From Tubulanus polymorphus (taxonomy: Eukaryota > Animalia > Nemertea): a stretch of 64,000 bases of DNA. This document shows, piece by piece, positions 48,786 to 61,953 of this stretch. Where the stretch lies: NCBI RefSeq assembly GCF_964204645.1, contig NC_134028.1:22006345-22070344 (forward strand), in the 5' to 3' direction. Numbering within the stretch: the stretch's first letter is position 1; each line of letters opens with the position of its first letter. Below the pieces are notes generated by a model, which searched no databases, was not told the origin of the DNA, and worked only from the letters and a program-made list of their open reading frames with translations. Both the position numbers and the translations under genes were made by a program.

Positions 48786-50935
48786 CGCGGGAGCGAGAGG
48801 CCTTCGCTGCGAAACTAATTTATTTACACCGATCATGGCAACATTTCAATTTTCGGATAAAATCAAAATCCACTCGAGTGAAGTTAATATTTCACGCTGT
48901 ATCGGATATTCGATAGTTATCCGCAAGCTGGCAAGATGTCGATAATTTCATATCGGATATAACTGCTGAATGGTGGTCTTGAGTGATTTACGTAAAAAAA
49001 AACCGACCCTCCTTGAAAACACTCCACGGTGCCATCATCGGTTGACGGCTCGATATATCTTACCAATAAGCCTTACACGACCATTAAATCTTCCTGATAT
49101 CTCATACATACAATAAGGCCCATATATATAGGACATTTGAAATTGATAGGCAAATATTACGGATACAGATGGTAGCAATTTCTAGAGAGCTCTTCTACTA
49201 TTCTTTTTCTAATTTTCCAAATTTGTATAAAATTGGTTTTAATCCCATTACCTATTCTGAGTGAACGGAAGATTCTTATGATACATTTTAACGGGATAGA
49301 AACGATGTTTTTTTTTAATAACCGCTTTTGATGACCGTTAGAAATACGCGCGTTGTGTATTATAGATTTCCGTTAAGCGCGACGCGCTTATCGTTAAAAC
49401 GAATGAACACTTATCTCGCGAAAAATCGCTTTTTTTTCTAACGACGAGTCGAGTCGAGATCGTTTTTCAGCTATCAATATCTTCGCGGATACAGCGACGG
49501 TGAGTAATTAGTTTGCGAATAGTTCTCGATCTAACGAAATGTCACTACGCGATTCGACGATATATACCGCCATCGATCACAGCACTCACACATTTTCAGT
49601 TTGGAAAAACCGCCAATCAGTCAGACGGATTTCATTCGTCTGCTAATTTTTCCCCAAGCCTGGGATTTTTCTTTTGAAAAATACCATTTTCGAATGTCTA
49701 GCCGTTTAATGGTGCCTGAAATAGTGTCATTTCTCTTTGGAAAATTACCCAACTACAAGACGAACACACGAAGTATTTCGCCAGCCTTTCGAACGCACGT
49801 TCATCAACGTTAGTTATTCTGTATAATTAACCACGAGATTTTCCGTGATAGTCTGAACGATATAAGAAAGCAAAAAATGCGATTTGACGTATTTCAGTGC
49901 GTTGAAAAATACGAAATAATCGTCGATAAAAAATGAGTAAATGCTTCGTAAAAATACGTATAAAAGATTAGTAAACAATATACATATTCTAAAAGAATTA
50001 GTTTAAAAATGCCGGAAGAAAATTCATTTATAGCAACAACTAGACCTTTTCACGATCAGAATCAATCGCAAGCATTGGATTTATTTCATCAGGACTGATT
50101 TCGTTTGAGTTACAACTCTGAGTTCATTGACATTCACTTTCAAATATAAAACATTGAATCGAGTTTTGACCCAAAACTGCCTGCATAATTCAAATACCGA
50201 ACGTATGCTACGAACAATATAGTTTTATCCAATCGCCGTAATGGAAAGAGCGTAGTTGATGCATTCGAATGGTCGCTTGTTTGTATCAAAGACCCTCAAG
50301 CTCACGTGACTATAAAACAGATTTTGATATATAAGGAATATCTAGCAATACAAAAAAAGTTTGAAAACAAGCATATAACAATAAAAACAAATATAAGTGG
50401 AAATTTCCTATCTTTTCTATATTTTCTATTTTACGCGTTCACGTATTTGAGACCAGCGCATGCACGGTTGCGGCGACGACGACGCTTAGAAAACAGCTTT
50501 CTTTATGTTCTTAAAAGATGCAGGTTTCTGAACACACGAAAAACCGGAGACTGGAATTTCAAATTTCTAACGTTTATGGAACATGCAAAAATATAGGCAC
50601 TCATTCCGAAACAAATGAAAAGAGATGTACATCGTGCACGCGGGGGTTCGAGAAAACAGCAATAGCGATTTGTTTATCGTTTTGGTGTATGGGAGTGGTG
50701 GGGGCAGGGGTATGTGCTAAATGAACACGTACACAGAGGAGAAATGAAAATCATGGAGATTTACATTGAGTCACTGCAACTAATGTCGAGTCAGAAGGTG
50801 AACAGCATAAAACTGGTTTGTGAAACGTGTCGTAATTAATGGAAGAAGAACTGTTTAATCGGAATGTGTTTACAGTCACTCACTATATCAGTCAGAAATA
50901 TTGCACCAGGCAATATTACCTGAACAACCTGAATA

Positions 50936-51177
50936 GGGTCGATTGCTAAAAAGTTGGTTAGAGTAACCAGTGGATATGTCGACATAGTGAAAATTGAAAG
51001 TTCGTGGTTACTATGGTTTTATCCACCGGGATCCAGTTCCACAGTTGTGAGTTATATAGAGTTAACTCTGAGTTGAAATCAGTTCATTTTCCATGAGTTA
51101 ACTCCGAGTCAAGTCTTTACTCAGAACTGTGTAACTGGGTCCGTGTTAAGTTTGACCAACTTTTGAGCAACAGGCCC
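50936..51177. mobile_element. MITE family D containing a nested family-C copy
   Basis: Outer TIR gggtcgattgctaaaaagttggt / accaacttttgagcaacaggccc. Confidence 0.65.
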
Positions 51178-52447
51178 GTGGCGCTTCCGCAAATCAGACC
51201 ATGCCAGCGATACCACAGTAGCGGTCTTCTATTATGGACTGGACAGGTATCTTCGCTGTAAATTCGTTTGATTTCAATTTGACTGCATCGTCAACTTCAG
51301 AATCGGATGATATTTAAATTGTTAGATTCGCTGCAGTGCGCGACATAATTCTCCAAATATCACAGACGAATCGAATGTGTAATTTGTTTTTTTTTTGCTT
51401 TGCTTTCTCTCTCTGTACCCCTATCTATATATATATGCATACATCTCCATTCTATACATATTAGCGTACACAGAGTGGACCACTGAGATTATTGAAATGA
51501 AGCGCATGCTTACCATAGTGTAAAATTCATGTCTATAAGAAATAGAGAAGAGAATAATATTGACACAAGGTACGTTTATATGATATCAGAGAACATTGTC
51601 AGAAATCATCATACGTCGCAAAACACAACACACGCATGCAATCTGGTCCGAAATTCAACATTATACAACAGGGGAAAAGAATTTCAATTTCATTTCTTTA
51701 TATTTGAACGAGACCTTCCTGAATACTGACTGTGGAGGCGAAACTAAAAATGCGTGAATATTTCCAATAACTGCAATTTGAATAATTTCATAACATTTAT
51801 CTAGCATGGGTTAAGATTGTAGGCCACTTACGCGAAAAATAAAACGTTTAAAAAAAAGGAAAAAAGTAAATTTGATGATATTTGAAATATTTCAAGAACC
51901 CAGTGTAATAAACATCGAAAACCTATTGAATATAAGTTATATGATTGTCGTGCAAGACTCATTTCGTTACAAACATTTCTTGTGCGACTTTGATCGGTAC
52001 AAGATATGAAAAGCTTTTCCTGGTTGTATAGATACCTAAAAATCAGACCCCCATTATACGCGTTTATCATATCACCCATAAGGATCAAGACTTGATGTTT
52101 CATCATGGATTATGCACCTGGCATTTTGAACAAGGTATATACGGCCATCTTTCTTCGCAAGAAAAGTCCCTCACGTTAAGTAGTCTAAACTTGCATTTGT
52201 CCTTTTTTACAACATATTTGTATTCGTATTTCACAATTTCGGTCGTCTTTACTTGCATTTATAGAAAAAAAAAAACATTCGCGTTCAGTTTAAAGACTGC
52301 ATGTCTATTTTAATAAAATTTTTGTATTCATATTTCATCGTTCAAAACCGCCTGGAAACAACATCTTCTTTGTTATCGCAAGCGACTAAATTCGTAGGTA
52401 ATTTGTCCAAATTGACAAAACGTTAAATACTCACATTTCAAAGGCTG

Positions 52448-52691
52448 GATGCAAATTGACAAAGCGCACGAATTCAATTAGATTGAATTATAAGTAAACT
52501 TTATGCCCCCACTGAAAAAAATACACCTAAACGATGCGAACAGGGCGAACTTTTTGCGAACCCACCGTTGCAAAGTCTTGATGCAAATTGACAAAGCGAA
52601 CGAATTCAATTATTTCGAATTAGAAATAAACGTGTATGCCCGACTAAAAATATTACATCTAAACGAAAATATCTAAACTTTTTGCGAACCC
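52448..52691. repeat. About 132-bp tandem duplication upstream of the class A GPCR, each unit with octamer ATGCAAAT
   Basis: gatgcaaattgacaaagcg.acgaattcaatta...aactttttgcgaaccc at 52448 and 52580. Confidence 0.8.
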
Positions 52692-52822
52692 GGCATTTTC
52701 AGCGTCATTATCAGAAAAACTGCGCTGCGCTTCGGTTTGCTTATATCAATTGCGTGCGCAATATATACACACCCTGTTCGTTATTCCATCGTGTATTCTT
52801 TAAAATCCCCACAACCGCGACG

Positions 52823-53737
52823 ATGGCTTCTTTTCATGAAAACGCGACAAATCCTTCACAAACGTATCTCATTCTTGTGGAAAGTGCATTGTGGTTACGT
52901 GGAACGGATTATTTGTGGTTCTACCTTCCGTTCGCCAGTCTCTGTATTATGTTCGGTTTTACCGGTAATCTGTTGATTGTTATCGTTATGCTACAGCCCG
53001 GACTGTGGAAGCGTTCGTTCAGTCGTATGTTCGTCCAACTGGCGATAAGTGATACAGCGGCCCTCGCCACTTACTTATTGAAATACGTGAACGTACTGTC
53101 GTATCTGTTGTATGACATGATACCCATAAAACCGTCAACGCCAATTCAATGTATGCTGTTTGAGTATTTCTCGGTGATACCTTTAACGACCAGTCCGTGG
53201 ACGCTAGTTCTAGTGGCCACCGAGCGAATGTGCGTGGTTTGTTTTCCGTTTAGAGGACCTCGTTTCTGGACGCCGAAAACCGCCTCGAAATTGTGTTTAT
53301 CTTTGCTCTGTTTAGTAGTACTGATTTTCGGTTATTTGTTCGCAGATATCGACATCAGCGACTACGGCTGTACGAAAGGAGAACTGGCCCCAACGATCGT
53401 AACACTGATTTTTTCAGTAACTCCGTTTTGTTTGCTAGCCATTCTTTCATCGGTTACATCGGTGGTTTTATTCAGAGGCGGTGACAACACAACTAGGGCA
53501 TCGAAAAACGCAAAACAGGTAACAGTGATGGTTTTGTTGCTGTGCATTTTCTTCCTAGTTACAACCTTTCCCGCATGTATAGCCACTCCTATTGTCTGGA
53601 ACCATAGCGAATTAAGAATGAAAACCATGTTGGTCGTTTCTGATATTCTAACGCCGAATTACTCGTTGAACCTATACATATACCTGATGACGGGGAAAGA
53701 AGTCAGAACAGCTTTACGGAACTTATTTTGTAATTAA
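52823..53737 (+). CDS. Intronless rhodopsin-class (class A) orphan GPCR, peptide/chemoreceptor-like
   Basis: 304 aa from ATG 52823; N-glycosylation site NAT; TM1 GN, TM2 LAISD, TM3 Cys and ERM..V.FP, TM6 F...FP, TM7 NYSLNLYIY, helix 8 GKEVR. Confidence 0.85.
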   Translation: MASFHENATNPSQTYLILVESALWLRGTDYLWFYLPFASLCIMFGFTGNLLIVIVMLQPGLWKRSFSRMFVQLAISDTAALATYLLKYVNVLSYLLYDMIPIKPSTPIQCMLFEYFSVIPLTTSPWTLVLVATERMCVVCFPFRGPRFWTPKTASKLCLSLLCLVVLIFGYLFADIDISDYGCTKGELAPTIVTLIFSVTPFCLLAILSSVTSVVLFRGGDNTTRASKNAKQVTVMVLLLCIFFLVTTFPACIATPIVWNHSELRMKTMLVVSDILTPNYSLNLYIYLMTGKEVRTALRNLFCN

Positions 53738-54432
53738 AATCATCCGCATTTCAAATATTGCCATATAACGTCTTTGGAATTTGACCTAGTGCGATAGTCG
53801 AATTTAACTGATGATGAAATTAGCGGTTTACTGTTCCCTTTATCGATCTGGCTGATGAGCGAGATAATGATAATTATATTGTAATAATAGTAAATTTGTA
53901 TAGCGCACGAATTCATTGAAATAATGTTCCCCAGCGCTTTTATGATAGTGATACTAAATTAAAGTTCATATGCTTTCACAAAAAGATGATGTTTTAGACG
54001 GATTTCAAAAGTATTAAGTTAAGTGGTGCTGCGATTGCCCAAATTTAGCGAGTTCCAGAGAGTAACCAATTTTATCAAGTCCACACTAAAAGTGACTTCA
54101 TCATCTTAAAGTTTTATAGATCCGGGTGCAAGTTTTATGTTTCGACCCACACGCTCGATATTTTTCTCGCCGAGCATTAAATCGTTATTGTTGTTATTGG
54201 TATGATGTCCATATGTGAATTTTATCGGACTCATTCCATCGTCGAAGTCTCACGAAAACTATTGCAGGAATGTTATTAACTTAGTTTTATGTCGTTTGGT
54301 CTACATGTATACGATACAACATGATATCGTACCTGAACGCGAGCGCTAATTCGTGAGTGTTACGAAACTCGCGTGGATTTTTGCTTTTATATAAATCAGG
54401 GAGCATCATCTCAAAATTGCGATAGTTAATAC

Positions 54433-54862
54433 GATAAAGACCCACTACATACAAATCAGAAGAATCTTAAAATCGAGAATTTATTTAATAAAAAAATCGA
54501 AAATGTAAAATACACGACTTTTCGATCTAACCCCAGAGATCATCGTCAGGTTTATATAGACATAATAGATATAGACTGAAAACAAGGGTATATATACGGA
54601 GGAGAACATGTTAATTGAGTAACTTATTGAGTGAGTAAGTATTAAGTGTTTGGCAAGGCATGAAGTGATATATTTAGAAAGAAGGGAATTGTGCGGAGAA
54701 AAGCCATTATTTAAATTGGTACTTATATCCGAGTGACAAGTAATTAGTAACGTGTATTTAATAGTTTAGATTTTTTGATTAGATGAATTCTCGATTTTAA
54801 AGTTCTTTTAATTTGTACATATGTTGGTTTTTATTTTATCATCTGTTCACTACGTGGTTATT
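54433..54862. mobile_element. Inverted-repeat element related to 9726-9961, degenerate hammerhead on - at 54511-54555
   Basis: Shared arm sequence (acccacta...aaaatc.agaatt); CUGACGA-u-gaucuc..uagauc-GAAAAGUC. Confidence 0.6.
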
Positions 54863-56863
54863 GTACTTTCGATAGTTGCTTCAGTTAGCATAACTCGCGG
54901 AATGGGTGCGGGGTTGAAGGCCTCCCGCTGATAGATCACGCTGCTGAACTATCGCTATACGATCATCCCTATTCGATAAGAAAATTGATTAAAAAAAAGA
55001 TGTTTCTTTGAGAAAACATACAATCTTTACGAGAAATTTGTAGAGGCGTCTTTTTGTTTATAAAATCCCTTAAAGTTTAATCGGTTTAACAATATATTTG
55101 TTTTCATAACTTTGAACTATTTCATTTTCAATTAAAAGTAGTGATCAAAAAGCACTCCTGAGAACTTATCTTCGTCTGTGGTCTCTGATATTAGAAAATC
55201 AATAGTTCCAACTTTGGCACGTGTTTAATCAAAGGGTGGGGTTGGGGTTAACAAAGAATTTAAATTTTTTTAAAGTTATTTTAGTAAGAAAACGATTGCA
55301 ATTTTGAGACGCTCCCTTAGAATATGCTGAATCAATGAGATCATTCACCGTCGAGATCGTAACGTATATTCTCGTAAATCTCAGCCCATTAAATAGTTCT
55401 ACTTCGACCGCGAATTTAACACGGGTTATTCTCGATACGGTTATGAATTAACGGTTAATAAACAGAACATCCGTCGACTTGGAATCAATTTCTTTACGAA
55501 ATAAAATCTCATCGCATGAAAATCGCGCGCGAGAATGCGTCGACCGAGAATAACGTGAGGGCTAAATGAAAATTGACGTGTTTTTTTTTTCTCTCTCGAC
55601 GATTCGATACGAAGAGCGATCTTCTATTCAACGACGCAGCTACACTCGCGCAATCTCGAACTGGATACAGCGGTACCGCGAGCGGTGTGTAATGTGCACA
55701 GATCGACAGTCACCATTTCCAGGGATTAATGGGTTCTAACAAATAAATGTTCGCCCGTGAGAAATCTATTTCAACTTAGTTTTAATAAGTCATACGATCG
55801 TTGGTTGGCTTGTAACTTAGGCACTACACCGTAAATTGCCCTTACGGTACTATCGATGATATTGATACTTTTAAAGTTGGTCTTAAAACGTACGATTTTT
55901 TGTAATCGTATATCAAATATGTAATATTTATGTTTTTTTCCTTTCAATTTCTTTATCCTGTATATTTCTACTTACGATACGATGAATAAATAAAATGAAC
56001 AAATAAATGAAAAATGTATTTACTCAATATTTTTCAAACAGATGTTTTAAATCCTTTTGTACTTAGTGTTTTGAATTACTTCAAGTATTATCATTGTAAA
56101 CCGCTTCGAAACGCATGTGTTAGGCGGTATAGAAATACAAATTATTATCATTATTACTATAATCATCATTATAAAGATTACAGTCGCACCGTTATCCCAC
56201 GGTATAAGCAAGCTACGACGAGTCGCCTGAATAAAATGTTTCCCCCTTAAACTCGCGATTCTTGTGTTTTGATCTTAAAAGTAGGGAATAAAAACTCGTA
56301 TTCATAATTTCTGTTGAAATTCTGTATTTGTGAAGATGACTATTAATGTATATAGTCGAAACGTCGAATAAACTACTAGCTCAAAAAAAAAATTCGGACT
56401 AGATATTATTTTCTCGTTACGTCATTGTAGGATTCTCTTCATATAATTGATTAATTTTGATTTGATTTGAATTTTATGGCCCTTTAAAACCCACCACACC
56501 TGCCGCGAGTGGAACAGGGTGTTTGCGTTAACAAGCGGAGCGAGTCGCAAGCCACAGTGCGCCAATCAATCAATCAATCCTAAAAACCCATCAGTACTCA
56601 CTCGTACACCGCGGCAAATATTCGTGTTTGAATGTGCACAATTTTCACCTGACAACTGCGGCAAAGAACAAGATTATCAACGCGGGGAGTGGGCTGTCCG
56701 TCAATAGATATGTGATAGGCTCGACGGTAGCGGGATAGGATTGTACGCGTCGTCAAACCGGATACTACACGCCGCATCTGCAGCTTCTAATACCGGAAAG
56801 TGAAAAGCCGATATCAGCTCGTAAAAATGATCGCCACAAAGACTATGAGCAACCTTATTTTCC

Positions 56864-57189
56864 AATCCTCCCTCGAAAGGGATTCGAACCTAACGGCATC
56901 GCTACACTCAGCCACGGTACGAACCCCTGCCACAATAGACCGGATGCGCAGGCGCAGGTTTACCGCACGATAACTTGCGGTACCAATCAGATTGCTCGTT
57001 GCATAATCAGTGAGGCATATTTCACGGAAGAACCATAAATGGGAAACCCGGGCTTAAATAAAACGGGATATCTAGCTAAAATGACATCTTCTTAGCTGCG
57101 AGTGTAGCTGCGCACTCGGTGTAGTGTGGCAGGGTTGCGTACCATCGCAATCTGGATGTCATAGGTTCGAATCCCTGCCGGGGAGGATG
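56864..57189. mobile_element. Foldback element with tRNA-like ends, copy 2 (opposite orientation)
   Basis: Same ends and interior (ccaatcagattgctcgttg.ataatc). Confidence 0.8.
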
Positions 57190-57504
57190 TATTCCCGCGT
57201 TGAAAATCAAAATGTCCTGAATATCCTGAATTATCTTTGATGTATTGCTATGTGCATGAGTTATGAATATGCATTACAGCGAAATTGACAAAATCTCTGC
57301 GGCAATTTTGGTGATGAAAACCATCCGAAACGATGGAAGCCCGTGCGTGCCATACCGGATTATGAAATAATCTAAATGCGCTCTAACCAAAAGAAAACTT
57401 TCAACACAAAGTAAAGATGTATATTCATAAATTGAATATTTTCTGAAGCCAAAAACAAGAGAAAGTATCAATGTATTTTTTGGTTTTGCATTCTATCACT
57501 GCAC

Positions 57505-57638
57505 GGGCCAGTTGCACAGTCGTGACTCAAGTCGAAAAGTGGTCTTAAATATTAAGACTGGTCTTGAGTTGTTAGAATGGACACAGAACTAAGTCTCTCT
57601 TAGACTGGTCTTAAGTCCAAGCCATGACTATGCAGCCG
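57505..57638. mobile_element. MITE family A copy
   Basis: gggccagttgcacagtcgtgac...gactatgcagccg. Confidence 0.65.
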
Positions 57639-58739
57639 TAAACGTGTTTCTCAACTAATGTGTACAAGGGACACCTGCGAACATAGTTAACGCGGCTTTT
57701 AAGAATAGAAAGTGACCAATATTCTAACGACCTCGAGGCCTGATGTGATTTTCTCACGCAGAGCATACTCGCAAAGAGTTGAAGAAGGTTGGTGCAGTCA
57801 GCTCACGCGTCATCGTTAACACGTTAGAATAACACCGACGTTACACCGAGATATCGAACTATTATCGCTGATAAACCTCAGGTTTCAGATAAACCCACAC
57901 CGCACGACACGGCCCACGGAGATTGCGACAGGGAGCGGTTTCTTGCAAGTCGACTGACGAGTACTTCATATTATGACATATTCGCGTCTTATATAGCCTA
58001 CAGGAAAACTCGGACGATTTACGTGACAATAAATATAAACGATTTATCCATACAACCTTTTCATTTTTCTCGAAGGCGTCGTCATCGATCAGAGGCGTAG
58101 ACGTTATTGCTCGACTTTGACATTTCCCCTGGGCCCAATAGGAACGACGGATCTTCAAATATTAACACACATCGGAAACTTTGATTGAATCAGCCTCGTC
58201 GGAAATATTATTAAATTTCGCTTTTCATGTATTTATGAAATATATACGTCAAAATGTCGTAAACAAGATTGTCAGATTTAGAACATTTTCACTTAATATC
58301 TGCAAAGACGAAATTTTGCACTATACGCTAAATATACTGCAGATATCACATGTTTACCATAAAGCTATTGTTTTTATATGAGTATAGAAATAATAACAAG
58401 GATAACACTTGTGTGCTCTGCGGAGTAAAAAAGATATGATATGAAATTATTACACAAAAAAATACCGAAAGAATCTATTTACTGATGATACAAGAGTATC
58501 GGTCTGGTGGCAAACAAACACAGTTTATGTTTTGCCTTTTACAAACAGAAAAGCTACTGAAAAATCGATGCATCTGTTCTCTAACGATGAAAATAATGAT
58601 TATCATTTTACGTATTATTAAATCCACACAAACACACGATGTCATAGTTCACGAATACGAGTTTGATTTTGAAATAAGATAACGAGGACCCAGCGCAAGC
58701 CAGTAGGATGTAAAGAAATATAGAAAGTCCAACACTAAC

Positions 58740-58920
58740 ATAACGGAATATGAAGTCCGAAAAATTTCCTTAAAGCTATAAATGTATTCATTCGACGTTT
58801 CGAGTATAACCTGATAGTCATCTTTAGGAATCGAATCAGAAATAGGTTATAGTCGAAACGTCGAACGAATAGTTTATTATAGCTTATAGAAAAACTTTTC
58901 GATCTTATCTTTCGTTATAT
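58740..58920. mobile_element. Inverted-repeat element with degenerate hammerhead; related copy about 56320-56420
   Basis: ttcgacgtttcgagtataacctgatagtcatctttaggaat...taggttatagtcgaaacgtcgaa flanked by inverted arms. Confidence 0.55.
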
Positions 58921-60696
58921 CGGTGTAGGATTTTCGATATATCGTTACAACACGGAATAGTGTTTCGCCCATGATTATGTACAAAAAATACTGGGCATGG
59001 TGCAAGGGGCAACGCTGTAGTTTAGAAAAAAAACTTTTCTTGAAACTTTCGTCGAGAGAATTGAAAAAGTTAAGGGCGAGACTAGAAATTCGAACTTACT
59101 GTCCAGCCATGTAAAGCAAAACTCCCGCTCCGTCTTCTAACATTTTCTGCCGGTGATAATAAGCGTCCGTTGTTGACTACCATGTCTCAAAAAAACCTTT
59201 AAAATCCGGTCGCCGATGCTGCCAAACATATATTCTATCTAGCGAGCAGTTTTAAAATCCGACTCGATAATGGATAGAGCGAGGAGAGAGAGAGAGAGAG
59301 CAAGTTTCCGCTATTGATGACTGGTAAAGTAGCATGGCACCGCGTGTGTGTGATGCGCATTGACACAATACTGAGCAATGAAGGGGAGCAATAGCTCTGC
59401 GCCCTTTCATCTAGTGTTAACCGGTTTAGCATTCGCTGTAAAATCGTCAATTTTCGCAAGTGCTTTTCCTGGTATTTAATTATTGTCTCAAATCTCCGCA
59501 GCTAGCAATCCCATCCTGATATATTCTGACGAGTATAACGTTTTGATTCCAGGACTAGTTTGGAAACGATTCGCTGTATGAAGCGATAATGATATCTTAT
59601 AGTGGTTTTGTTTAATTCGATATTTACGAAATTTCACTTTCTTAATCCATCAAAAATTCGGACGTCCCTACAATTGCGACTTCGATCGAATAGCTTTCGA
59701 TTCAAATACTGTTGCACCCACCCCGTACTGGACAAGCCTAAAGTGATTTCAGATCCTTGGTCGGTAAGGACGTGCTTAGCCTAAGTCGGGTCCCCTATCT
59801 GCTCAGAGGACCAGCGCCGTCCTGTGGAACGGGACACTAGGTTTAGTTTTGTATAACTGCCTCGGCCAGGTCGATGGTAAAACAAAACGTTTTCTCTAGG
59901 TTTACACAGTCTCGACTGAAATCCATGAAATGATCTTAAATCTAAATACGTGTTTTCCCTAACTATATATTCAATTAGGGCTTAGACTTGTGTTAGACGT
60001 CTAAGCCATGAATGGCGGCGCAAGTCACTGTTGAAGATGGTAGTTTGTAACTATAGCCTACATGAGTTGGAACAGTCGATGTTTCCCTTCGCCAACAGAA
60101 CACACGGGTCTTATTCGACGAAATGAGTTTCGAAACTGGGATGGTAATTAACGATCATAGAGCTCTCGCTGTATTTACCCAATAACCGTGTATAGACTCT
60201 GATTGCACAGTTCAAGAACGGCGTGGGTTCTCTCCCTCTCCCTCTCTCCGGAGTCGGGTTTCTGAAACTTACGCAGAGAAATCAAATTACTCATTATATT
60301 ACCAGCTGATAAGACCTACTCATTTGGTCGACTGCCAGCGTCGACTTCGACATTCGTGATAAGAGATAAGACGGGTTTAATGTTTTAAGATAAATTTTAA
60401 TCGCAATCAAATGAGATTTTAGCTCGAACGCTGCTTTATTTCTGGATGGAATTTGCTCATAAAAGGAAAAACGGATACAAAAATCACGAAGATCGATGAT
60501 CTGGATTGTCAATAAAGCATATGAATTCTGAATTATTTTCGTAGAGAAAAATGCTGTTTTATCGAGGTGAATTATTTGCGTGATAACGCGTTTTATTGAT
60601 GGTGAATTCGAACTGCCATTTTTTATACTGGTCAGGTCTAGTCATAACCGATCGAGTGGAAAATTGTTCTAAAAAACGACAGACACTCGCCCGTGG

Positions 60697-61040
60697 CATC
60701 CTCCTCCGGCAGGGATTCGAATCTGATGGTCTCGCTACACTCAGTCACGGTACGAAACTATGCCGCACTAGACCGAGTGCGCAGGTACATGCGCAAGTTT
60801 GCCGGGGAAAACTTGCGGTACCAATCAGATTGCTCGTTGTATAATCGCTGAGGCAAATCTCGCGGAAGGATTATAGATGGAAAAACTCGGGCTAGAATAA
60901 AACGGGATATCTGATTGGCTAATAATGGCATCATCTAAGCTGCGCGTGTATCTGCGCACTCGATCTAGTGTGGCAGGGTTTCGTAACCGTGGTAATCTCA
61001 ATGCCGCATCAGGTTCGAATCCCTACCGCGGGTGAAGATG
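60697..61040. mobile_element. Foldback element with tRNA-like ends, copy 3
   Basis: Same ends and interior as copy 2. Confidence 0.8.
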
Positions 61041-61909
61041 ATCTTTGGCAGTAAAACCGAAGCCGGACAAGTGAGTGACCCGGTATAATACACGACGCGT
61101 ACAGTCGGGAAGTAGTAAGTAAATTGCCGAGGAGGAAACGGATGATTATAAATAAAAACGAATGTCCACAACGGATAAAAGCTGTCCCATTATACATATA
61201 CGCGTTACAAGCGCTGACTATTACCGGTAAACCGTGTAATTGCGTTCGACGCAAAGAAACCCCGACATTTGTTTGATGGGTTTAAAGAACGTAGCTTTCG
61301 ACGATATTTATTGACACGCAACTGACGGTGAATGAAAAGCGCGTAATGACGTTCGGTATATGAACGATCAGGCTACTATAAGATATAACCCCGTATATTG
61401 ACACACACACACACGCGCTATATAAAACTGTGGTAACTCTTTCAAAAGATTCGACTTTTGAAGAAAGAAAAATTGTCGTCGTGATTGGTTCGCACTTAAC
61501 GGGAACACTTAGAACGCGATGAATCGAAAGTTCAATGCTATTTAACGCGATATCGATTCGAAAGTCATTGCCCGCGCTGTCGATAGTCCTACCTACATGA
61601 ATTGAAATGAGAAGTTATTAAGGCCGATTTGTTCCTGCGATATATTCTTGCGCTTTGCCACGTTCGAATTTTTTTCCCGGTTTAGAAGATAGGCCAGAGA
61701 GTAAAGAACAGAAAATCGCTTACGCCGCAATAGGGTTCGAAACCAGTCCTTGTTCGAAGAGAGACGAGTGAAAGACCACTGCACTCAATTGCCACTGCTT
61801 TCCATGAATCATTCGGATAACTCAGTTGTAGCTCACAATATCCGTGATAAAACGATAATAGTAAAAACCCACAATAAATGAAGAAATGTCTAAAAAGTTT
61901 ATTGAAATA

Positions 61910-61953
61910 TTAGAAATATTTCGTGTGGTTACTACCACCCTCAATCAGTCTAA
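61910..61953 (-). ncRNA. Hammerhead-like motif (one-nt core insertion)
   Basis: uuaga-CUGAUUGA-gggugg(uaguaa)ccacac-GAAA-UAUU|ucuaa; 5-bp helix I, AUAU palindrome. Confidence 0.5.

Noticed and set aside
52682-52822. 47-aa extension of the class A GPCR
   Set aside because: Begins at a TTG inside the upstream duplication; ATG 52823 has good context.
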